Source: Octopus sinensis (Eukaryota). From it: a stretch of 64,000 bases of DNA. The DNA lies in NCBI RefSeq assembly GCF_006345805.1, contig NC_043005.1, positions 50,902,001 to 50,966,000 on the forward strand. Direction: 5' to 3'. Position numbers and translations under genes: made by a program. This document shows positions 12,892-26,436 of this stretch, piece after piece (the first letter of the stretch is position 1; each line of letters begins with the position of its first letter). Under the pieces are notes generated by a model. It was not told where the DNA came from. It saw nothing but the letters and a program-made list of their open reading frames with translations, and searched no databases.

Positions 12892-13362
12892 TCCAGTAGC
12901 ATGTATTTTAATAATCAAAGACAAATGCAGGTATACTGAATATAATATAACAGATTCTTTATTTATTGAAAATTATCACCGCTTATAATTGATGCGTCAA
13001 AATTACCAAATGACGATTATGAGGAGCTCCATACGAGAAGGGGTTAGGTAGACAGGTAGACAAACAGACAGTTAGATAGATCTCTCAGCGCTAACCCGGA
13101 GACAAATGTCTTTTAATTAAAGGACAAATTCTTGAAGGAGAATCATAGTAAAATGCGTTATTTGAAACAGAATGTTAAAATCCTTAGAAACAGAAACTAT
13201 TCAAAAGTCTGGGAAAACTTAAAACAAAATTACCAAAACATAAGTCAACATATCTCCGTTAACACCTTCGTACTAATCGATGTTCTTAGATTTTGCACCT
13301 TCAGTATTGACGTAATGATTGCTCTGGCTTTAAATATATCACTAACTAACATATTGTTGTTC

Positions 13363-13408
<46 letters not shown>

Positions 13409-14239
13409 TAGACAGAGAGAGAGAGAGAGAGAGAGAGAGGCACAACCCTTCCTACTGAGTTAATATACAGTAACATGCAGTTTACGGTCGTAAAAAGAAG
13501 TGAATGCAAATTGCGAAAGCAACCGGAAATGACGACATGGATATCCCAGAATATAAAAAGAACAAAGAAATCACTCATTATGCCACGTCCACAGGCACCT
13601 ATATGTATAGTACCTCCTTAGTGTTATGTATTTCAGAAATAGCAGCTGAGGTACACCGTTCCAATGTAATTTACCCAACAATGAACTACACAGAGAAGTA
13701 TACTTGTTTTCATCTTATGTAAAATATATGAACAGATTTCCTGTTATATGAAATTTATCTACGTACTATACATAGGTTATATCGCATACATTGTTTGCAT
13801 GAAATTATGGGATGTCGCTGTTGTCACTCACTCTCGGTATCTTTCGCAATTTACGGGAGAATTTTCTTACAATTTTTTTTTCACACAGTAAACTACATGC
13901 TAACCTCCAACTGCCACCTTCTAGGTGTGACCTTGGAATTTGTTAAAGGAGATTGTGAAGCATGTGTCTATGGGAGTTTCCTGTCTCTTAAAGTTAAAAT
14001 GACCTATCAGTAGGACGGATGGCAATACAGCTGTGAGAAACCCGGACACATATTGCAAAGATACATCTACTGAAGAAAGATCATTACCGGTAGGCTGAAT
14101 AACTCTGTGCAATTTGTGGGAAAAGATTCTCGTCGAAAGGTGACGTCTTCATGCACAGAAAAACAAATGCGCATTAGAAAAAATATTCTACCATTGTGAA
14201 AAAGGTGGGAATATATTGTTTCTTGTTTTATCTATTATA

Positions 14240-14440
14240 GCTTACTTGTTTCAGTCATTGTGACCCCATGGTGGGGTCATTGTGACCCCATGGTGGGGTC
14301 ACAGTACTCCCAGTACTTATCTTCTTTTTAAGCCTGCTACTTATTCTCTTGTTCTCGTTTATCGAACCGCTATGTTACGGGGACATAAACAAACCGACAC
14401 CAGTTGTCAAGCGCTGATGGCGGACACACATACGCACACA
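14240..14440 (-). mobile_element. 3' half of family B SINE (split by Helitron)
   Basis: ttacttgtttcagtca...gaaccgctatgttacggggac...ttgtcaagcg. Confidence 0.8.
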
Positions 14441-14477
14441 CATATACATACAATATATACATAATATATATATATAA

Positions 14478-15663
14478 TCTATTTAATATAAAAATCCCGT
14501 TCTGTCTGTCTGTTTGTGCGCTTATAACGCGAGTCTTTTTCATCCTATCGCGCTGAAATTTTAAACATGGATACATTGAGAGAGCGGCATGTTCCGTAAT
14601 CTAAAAAGATTTTCAAAATTGTCAGTTTCAAACTGAGAATCGCTATTTTTGTGTCCATCGGATGATTAAAACTTCTATTTTTATTTTTATTCGAAACTAC
14701 CGTTGCGTATCTCGTTGTTCTTACCACTACGTCATTGAAAATCGAAATAAAATACTTAAAGCAACAGTCGTCAAATACAATAGTGAAAGAACTGTCAATT
14801 GTTTATATTTCACATGCTGTGAACTGTCAATTGTTTATATTTCACAATTGTTTATATTTCACTTTGGAGATAAAACAGCGTTCACTCTGGCGTATAGATG
14901 TCAACATGAGGTATGCTTGAGTGCAAGAAGTTTAAGGTCATTTATGATGTCCGATTACTAAGATTCGTTATAAATCAGTTATCATTATTGAGAAGAAACA
15001 GTCAAAAGTAACCACCACATACAATCACCAAACATCTCCACTACTTAACACCGTCCAAGTGATTTCTTTGTTCACCTTTACAGCTGACATGAAAAACTAC
15101 GAGGAAAAGCAACCATTTTGATTAAGCAAAAAAAAAAAAGAGAAAAAAATGATTGCTATTAAAACGCGTAAAATCTTGGGGTTAATAATCGTAATCTTTA
15201 GTTACAGCTTCTCATTCAAACTACATAATAGGCAGACTTGTCGGATTCTTTGTAATACATTCTCCACAAGGTTTTACAGCTGCTAAAATTAATCGATCAA
15301 GGTTCGGTATTCTTTCATTAAACAAGCTGAACAGATCAACATTATTAGATCAGATTTTTTTTTAAATCCCAATTCAGTTACTTCTATACAATAATTTAAG
15401 TGCTTCTAAATTGCTGTCATGTTTCATTCCAAGTCTTTCATTTTAAGTTATGTCGTTGAAACACCCTTAACTTTTAGTAGTCCGTTTGATAAGTTCACAG
15501 CGCACTGCCGAATAAGTAAAATAACAAATACTTCTTTCATCAAAAGATCGCATTCACCCTAACCAAAAGTAACAACCCCATACAATCACCAAATATTTCC
15601 ACAACTTAACACTGTCAAAGTTAACCCCATACAAACCGTCCAACAGACGGCGACGTTTGCTAG
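14478..15663 (+). mobile_element. Non-autonomous Helitron
   Basis: 5' TC(tatttaatataaa..ctgtctgtctg), 3' hairpin ccgtc/gacgg (15636-15650) then CTAG, inserted between A and T with no TSD. Confidence 0.85.
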
Positions 15664-15684
15664 TATATATATATAGAGAGAGAC

Positions 15685-15827
15685 ATACATACACGACGGG
15701 CTTTTTCCAGGTTCTGTCCACCAAATCCAAGGTATCATACTGTGGGACGGAACCCAGAAGCATGTAATTGGAGCAAGTAACTGAGAAGCAAACTTCAAAC
15801 ATCTTATCACACAGCCACGCCGACGCT
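15685..15827 (-). mobile_element. 5' half of family B SINE (split by Helitron)
   Basis: cacgacgggct...ccaaatcc...cacacagccacgcc. Confidence 0.75.
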
Positions 15828-16259
15828 TGTATGTGGGGAATTTTTTTATTTACAATTTGTGTTCCAGGTTTGTTAACCACAAACGTAGTTGCACTGGAGA
15901 AAGACTGTATCATTTTGAAATATCTGGGAAATCTTCTGTCTCTAATATCAATGTAACTAAAAACAAAAGATTACACACTGGACAAGTTTATTCTACATTT
16001 TACTTCTCTTAAGAAATAGTTTACGATTGATTATTTATTGATTTTAGAGAATAAATGAGTCTATATTTGTGTGTGTTTGTATGTCTGTGATTATGCCTGT
16101 AAGAATATGTGTAAAAATGCTTGTGTGTATGTTTGTGTTTACGTGTGTATGTGCTCTAATAGGTTCACACGTGCGTGTCTTGGCATCCGTATAAATAATA
16201 TTCTTTGTTGGCGTTTTCTCTATGCAGCGATTTGTATAAACAGGCAAAAAAGAATAGTG

Positions 16260-16332
16260 ATAAATAGATAGGTAGATAGAAACAAACAGACAGACGGACG
16301 GACGGACGGACAGATATACATACATACAGACG

Positions 16333-16388
<56 letters not shown>

Positions 16389-16640
16389 TAGATAGATAGA
16401 TAAACAAGCAGGCAAACAGACGGGCGGACGGACAGACAGACAGACATACAGATAGATAAATAAGATGAACGGATGGATGGATAGATAGAGAGATAGTCAA
16501 ACAAACAGACAGACAGATAGACAGATGACAGACATACAGACATACATATATTTCATTACTAATTATGTATTTCTTTACTCCATACAGACATACATATAGA
16601 CATACATACAGACAGACTGAGAAATAGACATATAGATAGG

Positions 16641-16709
<69 letters not shown>

Positions 16710-16722
16710 GGGTAGATAGATA
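16260..16722. repeat. (GATA)/(GACA)n compound microsatellite
   Basis: Direct reading. Confidence 0.95.
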
Positions 16723-16724
16723 AG

Positions 16725-18190
16725 TTTCTTTATTGGCCACACAGGGCTGCACACAGATGGGACAAGTTACAAGGTAGAGCTTTTCTTTTGGGGGATGAAG
16801 AGAACAAAAAACAAAAGAAAAAAAGGGGGTGGCGTAGGTTTTCGATCAAGAGGGATCGTAAAAGGGAAGAAAAGAACAAAAACAAAAAAAAAATTGAATA
16901 AAATAAAAAGAATAAAAAGAAAAAAAGAAAAGGAAAAGGAACAAAAGGAAAGAGAAATGAAAAAAGAAGAAAAAGGGGAAAAAAAGGGGAAGAGGAAAAA
17001 AAAAAAGAACGATCAATAGGGATCGTGTATCACAGTGTTATGATATATGGTGTAAAGGGGAAAGCAAGTAAGGTTTATCCGTGGGAAGAAAAGCCTACGA
17101 AAAAGACCACGGTAACCTTGGTCAATATTGTTATATGTTACCACATTTGTTTGCAAGTGGGTAACCCTCTGTTTTCAATTTCTGGGTTCATAGGATTATG
17201 CTCAAGGTGGATTCGTCATTCATACGTGCCATCCTTGCTACATTCACCCATCTTTTTTTAAAACATTCGCTAGACAAAACTTGCCTCTCTACTCTCACTT
17301 TCCTTTTCAAGTGGTACTTGAAGAAGTTGATGAGAGATTGACCAGAGAGGAAAGTGGTTGTCTCCAATCCTTTCAGACGCGTCCACCAGATACATTCTTT
17401 CGCCATAGCCACAAGGATGATGAAAATAGCTCTTCCTTCCCGTTTGAAGGAAGGAGGCGTGACAATATTGACGATAGACTCGGCTGATAAATCGACTCGT
17501 CCCACACGTGACAGCAGTTGTTCGACATAAGCCCACAGGTCGGAAATTGTTGGACACTGCACGAGTGCGTGCAGAACGGTTTCGTCGCTCTGACCGCATC
17601 TCGGGCAGGTCGGCCCCGTGTTTCTTGAGCCGTGTCTGTAGAGCTTATCCCGAACGGGTAGCGCTTCTCGGTAGCACTGCCAGGCCAGGGATCTCTGGAA
17701 GTTGTCCATGGGCCCTGGCCCGAAAGTCGTCCTGAACAGGCGGGTCAGGTACTCCTCGTCGACGTCCAGGTTCGCCCCGAGCTCGTCGTCGTACCTCCCC
17801 TCCACTAATCCCCTATAGAATGCTTTGGTTGTGTTGAAGTCACTCAAGGTCGACCCGGGACGGCAGAGTTGCTTGAGAGCAACGCGACACTCGCGGTGCC
17901 AATCGCCCTTCCTCGGCCTCTTTTTGATCCACGACTGCAGTTCGGTCATGGAGACGAGCTGCGGGAAAGCGTGCCTCACAAACGGCGACCACACCTGTTC
18001 ACCGTCGTCTACATAGAGCCAGAGATGTCGCAGTCTCAGCGCGTGTCTGCGCATCATCAACCACGGCATGCCCAGCCCTCCTTTTAGCGGGGGTTGACAG
18101 CAAATGGATCGCCTGACCATCGGGACTCATCCTTTCCACAAGAAGCGAAAGAGAATGCGTTGTAGTTTGGTGATGGTAGGGTCGGGACTG
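16725..18190 (-). mobile_element. 5'-truncated L1/Tx1-clade LINE: ORF2 C-terminus (zf-RVT) plus 3' UTR
   Basis: ORF 17188-18120 with GGLG.P, LPVRDKL and CPRC..ETVLHALVQC zinc knuckle; upstream FRFLWKG*; AATAAA just before the (TATC)n tail. Confidence 0.92.
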
Positions 18191-18749
18191 ATTGATAGAT
18201 GTTTGTATGTAAGTTAATTAGTATGTATGCATATGTGAGTCTGTATGCGATTCTGTGTGACTTTGTGTGTGCGCGCGCGCATACCCCATGATCACATGAT
18301 CAGGGATTTTTGTACTTTGTTGTTGCTAGCTTGTTTATGTAACCCTAAATCCCTACGTAACCCTAAATTCCTGATTTAGCAGATCCATGTGCAAAGGCGT
18401 CACAATGAATCTACGAGACCATTATTCGGGTGTTACTCGAAGGAAATTTTGATAGCCGGGTAATTTCTAAAAAATCGATAGACGGCATAGAAATTTCCCC
18501 GATCGTGACCTTCTTCCTTATCCTCAAAGTAAGAGGAAGATGTTTAGAGTTGAAACGTCCGTAGCATTCCTAAGAGCAATTAGAGGAATGAGTGGACAAT
18601 TATTTCAGCGGTGGTTTGGATCTCATTCGTAGTCTTGGCTCACTTCAGCAAGACATTAGTAACTACGTTATAATTTCGACATATAAGTATGCACCAACAC
18701 ACACACCACACACACAAACAAACAAACACAAACACATACACACACACAC

Positions 18750-18793
<44 letters not shown>

Positions 18794-18822
18794 TATCTAT
18801 ATATATATATATATATATATAT

Positions 18823-19075
18823 TTCGTTTGGGGATTTGGTTTGCAAGATTCTTTATATGAGTTCGTGTGTTGAAGCATTTATTGTTATGTCTGGGGAGAG
18901 TCATTTCTTTTTGTGCCTTATAATTTAACATACTCACCGGTAAAATTCCCACTTATTTCTTATTTTTATTTTCTTAAAACTTTCGTTGCGTCTTGCAGCA
19001 TCTTCAATAGTCTTGACCCGTGTGAGTGTGTTATTATATGGCACAAAAAGAAAATGACTCCCCAGACACAACAGT
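18823..19075. mobile_element. Short foldback-type repeat, same family as 30977-31325
   Basis: Sequence similarity to 30977-31170; 19023-19074 inverted to 18880-18938. Confidence 0.8.
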
Positions 19076-19078
19076 ATA

Positions 19079-19135
<57 letters not shown>

Positions 19136-19825
19136 TCACAATGAGATATTTAAACCTCTAATAGGGATATTTTATCCAAGATACACTGGTCTAGTATATT
19201 ATATTTTGAAGCGATATTCTTAAATGAATATATTACATAAAATATCGTAAAATATCAAACATTATTATTGAGTTTTCTAATGTGTATATATATATATATA
19301 TATAGCTAATTACCATAAAATTCTTGTTACATGTACATATTTCAATTTTAATTGATTTCATTAAAGAAATATTCAATTTTAACATATGGCATACTCATGA
19401 TGATTAATTACTATGGAGAAGACAATCTCTTTTAGATTATATTAAAAGGTGAAGCAGATATGGATGTTTTGAATTTACATGAAAGAGTATACATTAAAGT
19501 TTCTCGTCGTTGGTCGCCATGTATAGCGCTATTTCAGCCTTCTTTGATATTTTCCATGCTTTTTAAACGGAAACTGTCCCTCTTCCTCCTCCTCCTCCTC
19601 TCTCTCTCTCTCTCTCTCTTCCTCCTCTCTCTTTTCAAATCAAAATGGTAAAGCGTTTCAAATCAGAATGGTGGAGAGAGAGAAAGAAAGAAAGAGAGAG
19701 AGAGACAGAGAGAGACAGAGAGAGAGAGGAGACAGAAAGAAAAAGAGAAAGTTAGAATAATTGGACACAGAGACATTTTTTCCAAATCGGAGAGACAGAG
19801 GGCTGATCAGCAGTGAAACATTGAC

Positions 19826-19910
19826 ATTATCATCATCGTCGTCGTCGTCGTCGTCATCATGAACATCATCATCATCATATTCATCGTCATCATCAACTAT
19901 AACAACAATA

Positions 19911-19978
<68 letters not shown>

Positions 19979-19979
19979 A

Positions 19980-20012
<33 letters not shown>

Positions 20013-20133
20013 AGAATTACTACTGCTATTGCCACCACCACCACCACTACTACTACTACTGTTACTACTACTACTACTACTACTACTACTTTAACTACTA
20101 CTACGAAGACTGTTACTACTACTACTACTACTA
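19826..20133. repeat. (CAT)/(CGT)/(TAC)/(TAA)n trinucleotide mosaic
   Basis: Direct reading. Confidence 0.95.
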
Positions 20134-20509
20134 ACTCCAGAAATACAGAAGAACTTAAAAAAATAAGCAGACAAGTATTATAAAATCTAAACAAACATGA
20201 AATTATAGGTCGTCTTTGAAGAAGAAAAAATAAAGTCTTTTAAAATGATATTCTCGTCTGTGAAATTTCAATATATTTTTAAGTGCCAAAGAAACGTATG
20301 GAGATTGTTTTCGTCTTAAATGTTAAATGTAAAGTCAGACATTTTACATCGTGATGGACACGATGGTAGAGGTGGTTAAGATGGTTTATGTTGGTGAAGT
20401 GAAGTGGATGACGGCCATAGTAGTGTTTATGCAGGATGCCAATGTGATTTCATAGTGAAGTCGAAGTCGTAGCGTTGGTAGAAGAGGTAATGGTTGCTGG
20501 ATTGACACA

Positions 20510-21104
20510 CAAGGATGGCTGCGTGGTTACGAAATTTGCTTCTCAGCTACTCTTGGATATGTGTTCAGTCCCGTTGGGAGGCATCTGGGCAAGTGTTCTC
20601 TGCTAGAGCTCCGGGCCGACTTGATCTTGGGAGAGGATTTTGTTGACAGAAACTGAAAGAAACCCGTCGTATGTACATACATATATATATATCTATATAA
20701 TATATATGTATGTATATTATATATATATATATATACTATATATAATATATATTGTATTTAATTATTGTATTAAATTTGTGTAACTCGTCCATTTTTTCGT
20801 ACTTTTTGTATACATTCGTTGCTTCTTCCAAGGAATTTTATGCTCTTAGCTTAGTTTTTCCTTGGGGCTGGCCAGATTGGTGTAATCTCATGAATAATCA
20901 GCCGAAAATGCGTGGATATTCTGCTGCTTGTCTGAGGAAAGAAAACTTCGAATAACCCGTCCTTGTTTTCTTTGTATCGTCTATCTGGATGGTTTGTTGT
21001 CCCTTTTTGTATCACCTAGCTGTCCGGATGTTTTGCGTTCTTATCCCATTTTGTATTTTAGATATATTATATACAAATCTCTCTCTCTCTTTTCTCTCTC
21101 TCTT

Positions 21105-21175
<71 letters not shown>

Positions 21176-21490
21176 GTATATATATATATATACACACACA
21201 AATATATATATATCTGGGTATGTGTGTGTGTGTGCATATATTTTCATGTGTGTTTTCATATATTTGCGTTTGTGTTTTCTATATTTGTCCTTGTCTTCTT
21301 CTGCGCCACACTCAATATTTTTTTTTACATTACTTAGCGTTCGCAAAAGTAGTTTTCGGCAAGGTAGACCAATAGAATATGTAGTAGAGGTTTCAGAAAA
21401 TAAATAACTGGGATCGATTAGTACGATTAAAACACTTTAAGGCCGTGCCCCATCATGGCCACAGCCAAATGACTAAATTAAAAAAGATAA
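20510..21490 (+). mobile_element. Old family B SINE interrupted in its internal (TA)n by a ~320-bp insert (20752-21070)
   Basis: 5' half 20510-20672, 3' half ~21335-21490. Confidence 0.7.
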
Positions 21491-21799
21491 TCTTTTGGTT
21501 GTGAAATTTGGAGTTGGGGTTAGTAGGTACTCGTGGTAGAAGGTGATGTTCGCTGTCTCCAAGTCAAACATAATCGAAGACATGGGTCTTCCCATATTTT
21601 CAAAGGCTTTTCTATGACTATATTGTCCAAAGTAGCCTCACCTTTTCAGACACTAGGGTGTCATTTGATTTAAGAGAAATTTGGTAACCATGTCTAGCAA
21701 GTAAAGAGAACACATGGAGGTTCCACGCCCTAGTGTCTTGTATGTTACGATGACGTTATTGTTGTTGTGGCTGTTGCTGCTGCTGTTGTTGTTGACAAA

Positions 21800-22180
21800 C
21801 GATCGAATGAATCGACCCATGTACTTATTCTTTTGTAAGCCTGGTATTCTTTTATCGGACTCCTTTATTGAACATCTAAGTTACAGGGACGTAAACACAC
21901 CGACACCAGTTGTCAACCAGTGGAGGGGTGGGACAAACACCGGTTGCAAACCGGTGCTGGTGTTTTCACGTCCCTGTAACATAGCTGTTCGGTAAAAGAA
22001 TCCGATACACACACCATGATACACGAGCTTCTTTCAGTTTCAGTCTACCAAATCCACTCGTGAGATTTTGGTCGGTCAAAGGCTATAATAGAAGACATTT
22101 GCCCAGGGTGTCAGGAGTGGGACTGAACCTGGACCCATGGTGGTTGGGAAGCAAACAATTTACCACCACACAGCACGCTA
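21800..22180 (-). mobile_element. Degenerate family B SINE
   Basis: tacttattctttt...ctaccaaatccactc...gtgggactgaacc. Confidence 0.8.
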
Positions 22181-22237
22181 ACACCAGTATATATGTATAT
22201 ATATATATATAATAGATAGATGTATATATATATATAT

Positions 22238-22281
<44 letters not shown>

Positions 22282-22320
22282 TATATACATATATATATAT
22301 ATACATAGATATAAACATAT

Positions 22321-22351
<31 letters not shown>

Positions 22352-22352
22352 C

Positions 22353-22389
<37 letters not shown>

Positions 22390-22417
22390 CCATATATATT
22401 ATATATATATATACATA

Positions 22418-22462
<45 letters not shown>

Positions 22463-22801
22463 ATATATATACAGATATACATATAATATATATTATATAT
22501 TATATATATATAATATTATATTATGTATATATATACATATATATATATATATTAGATATGGGCAATGGACATGAGTTAAAACGAATGAAGAACAAATATC
22601 TAGTGCGTGTGTTTATTTGGCAAAAAATAAATGACCGTCCAGAAATACAATAATGTTTCAACACACAAATTTCACACCAGGAATCTTGCAACACAAATTG
22701 ATAAACGTATACATACATATACATACATACATACATACATACATACATACATACATACATACCTACATACATACATACATATATGATATATATATAATAT
22801 A

Positions 22802-22850
<49 letters not shown>

Positions 22851-23724
22851 AATTATATATATATGTAGTATATATATAGTTATAACTTATATATATATAT
22901 GTATATATGTACACACACATATATATACATACAGACATACATAAATCATACGTGTGTCTGTGGATGTGTGTGGATGTACACATATATACATGTACGTATA
23001 CATAAAAACATATGTACGCATACTCTCTATTACACACTTACATACATATCTATGATTGCGCCGTAATTGAATGGCATTTACTTACTATAAAATTTAATTT
23101 GACGTTTGCTATGGTCGGTTCTAAAATACTTGCTTTAAATAACTTTGGAGAAAATGTTTCACCTCTCTTTTTGAATTGCATATGAGACACACCAGAAATC
23201 ATTCTATTCATCCAGTAAATAGAGAGCAATATGATATTCTGGAGCAAATTCCTCTCCAACTTGGTAGCTATAATTGAAATATCATAAGAATAGGACTGAA
23301 ATTTGTCAAACAGGGTTAGAACGACATTCATTGAAACGGTTTTATAGAAATCTGCTTCTGTTCTATGCTATTTCCACCAAACCTGTTAGTTTTCAAATAC
23401 ACATACGCCCATCTTTCTCTTCCTTCTCCTCTGCCTACACACACACACACTCTCTTCTTTTCCCGCTCTCATTTACTCTCTCTCTCCCTCTATTTCTGCA
23501 TGTATACACACACATACACACACACGCATATATATGCATCTATAAATACCTACGGATATATCCATCCTTATATGTACGCAGGCATACGTACATACATACA
23601 TACATACATACATACATACATACATACACACATACACATACATACATATATATATGTTCATATATATATATACATATATATATATATGTACATACATATA
23701 TATGTGTGTGCGTTTGTGTGTGTG

Positions 23725-24045
23725 TGTGTACATAGATATATAATTATATGTGTGTATGTATGAATATAGTATGTTCACACACACATACACACATGTATGT
23801 ATATACGCACACACAGATACACAATGTGTGTGGGTGCGTGTAGGTGTGTGTTTGTGTGTGTTTGTGTATGTGTGTGTGTGCTTATGTGTGTACATAGATA
23901 TATAATTATATGTGTGTATGTATGAATATAGAGTATGTTCACACATACATACACACATGTATGTATATACGCACACACAGATACACAATGTGTGTGTGTG
24001 CGTGTGTGTGTGTGTGTGTTTGTGTATGTGTGTGTGTGTGCGTGC
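23725..24045. repeat. ~165-bp tandem duplication within microsatellite
   Basis: tacatagatatataattatatgtg...cagatacacaatg present twice. Confidence 0.85.
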
Positions 24046-24289
24046 TAATGCATTTTCAATTCCAGACACATGCAAGCACACACGAAATATATGTACATCG
24101 TCAGTAACACGTCGTTCTTAAAACCGCCAAACTATTAACTTGCTTTATCGATCTTGATTGCATGAAAGGCAAAAATCTGTCTTTGCGTTTACATATCGTA
24201 ATAAGTTCGAATAGCGTCACATATAATTTTTTTAATCTACTATAAAATTATTAAGAAAAAGTAAATAGATAAAAAGTAAAAAAAAAAAA

Positions 24290-24322
<33 letters not shown>

Positions 24323-24968
24323 CGAAGCAACAAAATAAGCAAGGCAAAATATCTTTTAATCTATTTATCGTTTTTTAGAAAAATTCTGATGAACACATGA
24401 CTTCAGTTCAATTAACGTCGAGATACATGCGAGATTCTCGTGTCATTTGGTGACGTATTAATAGCACTCTAGCACTCACCTCCTGTTATCTTATAAATCT
24501 CTCGCTTTGTAGCTGTGTTTTTTTTGTGTTTTGTTTTGTTTTTCTTTGTTTCTTGTACATCATAGTGCTTATTTATATGCTGCGTAAATTCGGTGGTTAC
24601 GCACATACACACACACATGCACATACGCAGACGCATACACAGACACACACATGCACATACAGAGACGCATATACACACACACATATATTTAAGTATACAT
24701 ATGTATGTATGTATGTATCTATCTATGAATAAACACACCTGTGAATATATATATGTATGTATATATATATATATATATAATCATATATATACACACATAT
24801 ATGTGTGTATATATACATATACATACACTTATATACATTATCGTTTATACATATATGTATATATTTACACACACATATATATATACATACATACACACAC
24901 ACACATATATATATGTCTACATACATACACACACACACACATACATATCTATCTATCTATATATATAA

Positions 24969-25028
<60 letters not shown>

Positions 25029-25182
25029 ACGTATATATATATTTCTGTGTATGTGTGTCCTCGTGTGCATGCAAACATACAAACTCATACACACACACAC
25101 ATAATACATATACATACGTGATAAATATACGTATATATGTGCAGTTGTGTGTATGCGTGTGTTTGTGTGTGTCTGTGTGTGC

Positions 25183-25216
<34 letters not shown>

Positions 25217-25408
25217 TCTGTATCTTTCCCCCAACGTATGTGCTTGCGCTTACGCGCATATAATTGCAAACTATCTGTGAATGTCGATGTATTTACATAT
25301 AATTATGTGTTTACCGATTAATATAACCCAGTATGTACATATGCAGACTTACAAACACGTATGTATGTATATATCTATTTATACATATTTGTATGAATGC
25401 ATACACAT

Positions 25409-25453
<45 letters not shown>

Positions 25454-26039
25454 TATATATATATAGATATATATGCAACCAATGCAATAATTCAATTTAT
25501 AACCACTTTAGCAATCTATAATTATAGGCGTGTGTTGACAACCAAGAAACAGAAGCTTGTTTTGAAGTATTCATTAAATGATATAACACTCTATCATGAA
25601 ATTGTTTGACGCCTCGTTTCACATCTGTAACCAATATTGAACCGCTCGCGCCTCGCTTCACTTTCGCCAAGAAATGAAGTGTTAGAGAGAAGGGGTGCAC
25701 TCCAGAACATTTCGTCAATCTTGTTAGCAGTAGAACACTGTAAAAACCGGAAAAGCGATTAATCGCTAGGTCGTTGTTGTTGTTGTTGACGTTGGAGGTC
25801 GTAGTGGTTGAGGTGTTGTAGGTATTAAGAGTGTCTAGCCGTAGGTCAGTTATATGACATATGAGCAATCCGAATAACGACGACGACGAGGCAGCAAGCA
25901 CAGATTCATCTTTTCCGTTGTACTCCGTCTCCATCAAGCCGAAGACAATGCTGTATACTCAATCATACAATTCTGATTCGTTTGGAATGCAATGTCGCTA
26001 TCTTGACATACTGCATTTTCTGCGCTGTCCAGACTATAT

Positions 26040-26270
26040 CTATTTCTTTATTACCCACAAGGGGCTAAAAACAGAGGGGACAAACAAGGACAGACATAGG
26101 TATTATGTCGATTACATCGACCCCAGTGTGTAACTGGTACTTAATTTATCGACCCCGAAAGGATGAAAGACAAAGTCGACCTCGGCGGAATTTGAACTCA
26201 CAACGTAACGCAGACGAAATACCGCTAAGCATTTCGCCCGGCGTGCTAACGTTTCTGCCAGCTCGCCGAC
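26040..26270 (-). mobile_element. Family A SINE
   Basis: Reverse complement of 8039-type head and core. Confidence 0.9.
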
Positions 26271-26436
26271 TATATCTGTACAGCTGTAGACCCGAGTGGT
26301 CGTCACGACGGAGCTAAGTAAAGTGGATTTGGTCACAGCGTAGTAGTTACTATTCTTCTCACCGTTGTTGTTGGTGTTCATTCCAGAACAGTGTCCGAAA
26401 CTAGTTAGCTTATTGGTGTTGCATATATTTTGTGGA

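Noticed and set aside
23050-23331. 93-aa minus-strand ORF
   Set aside because: No recognisable motif or splice context; length compatible with chance
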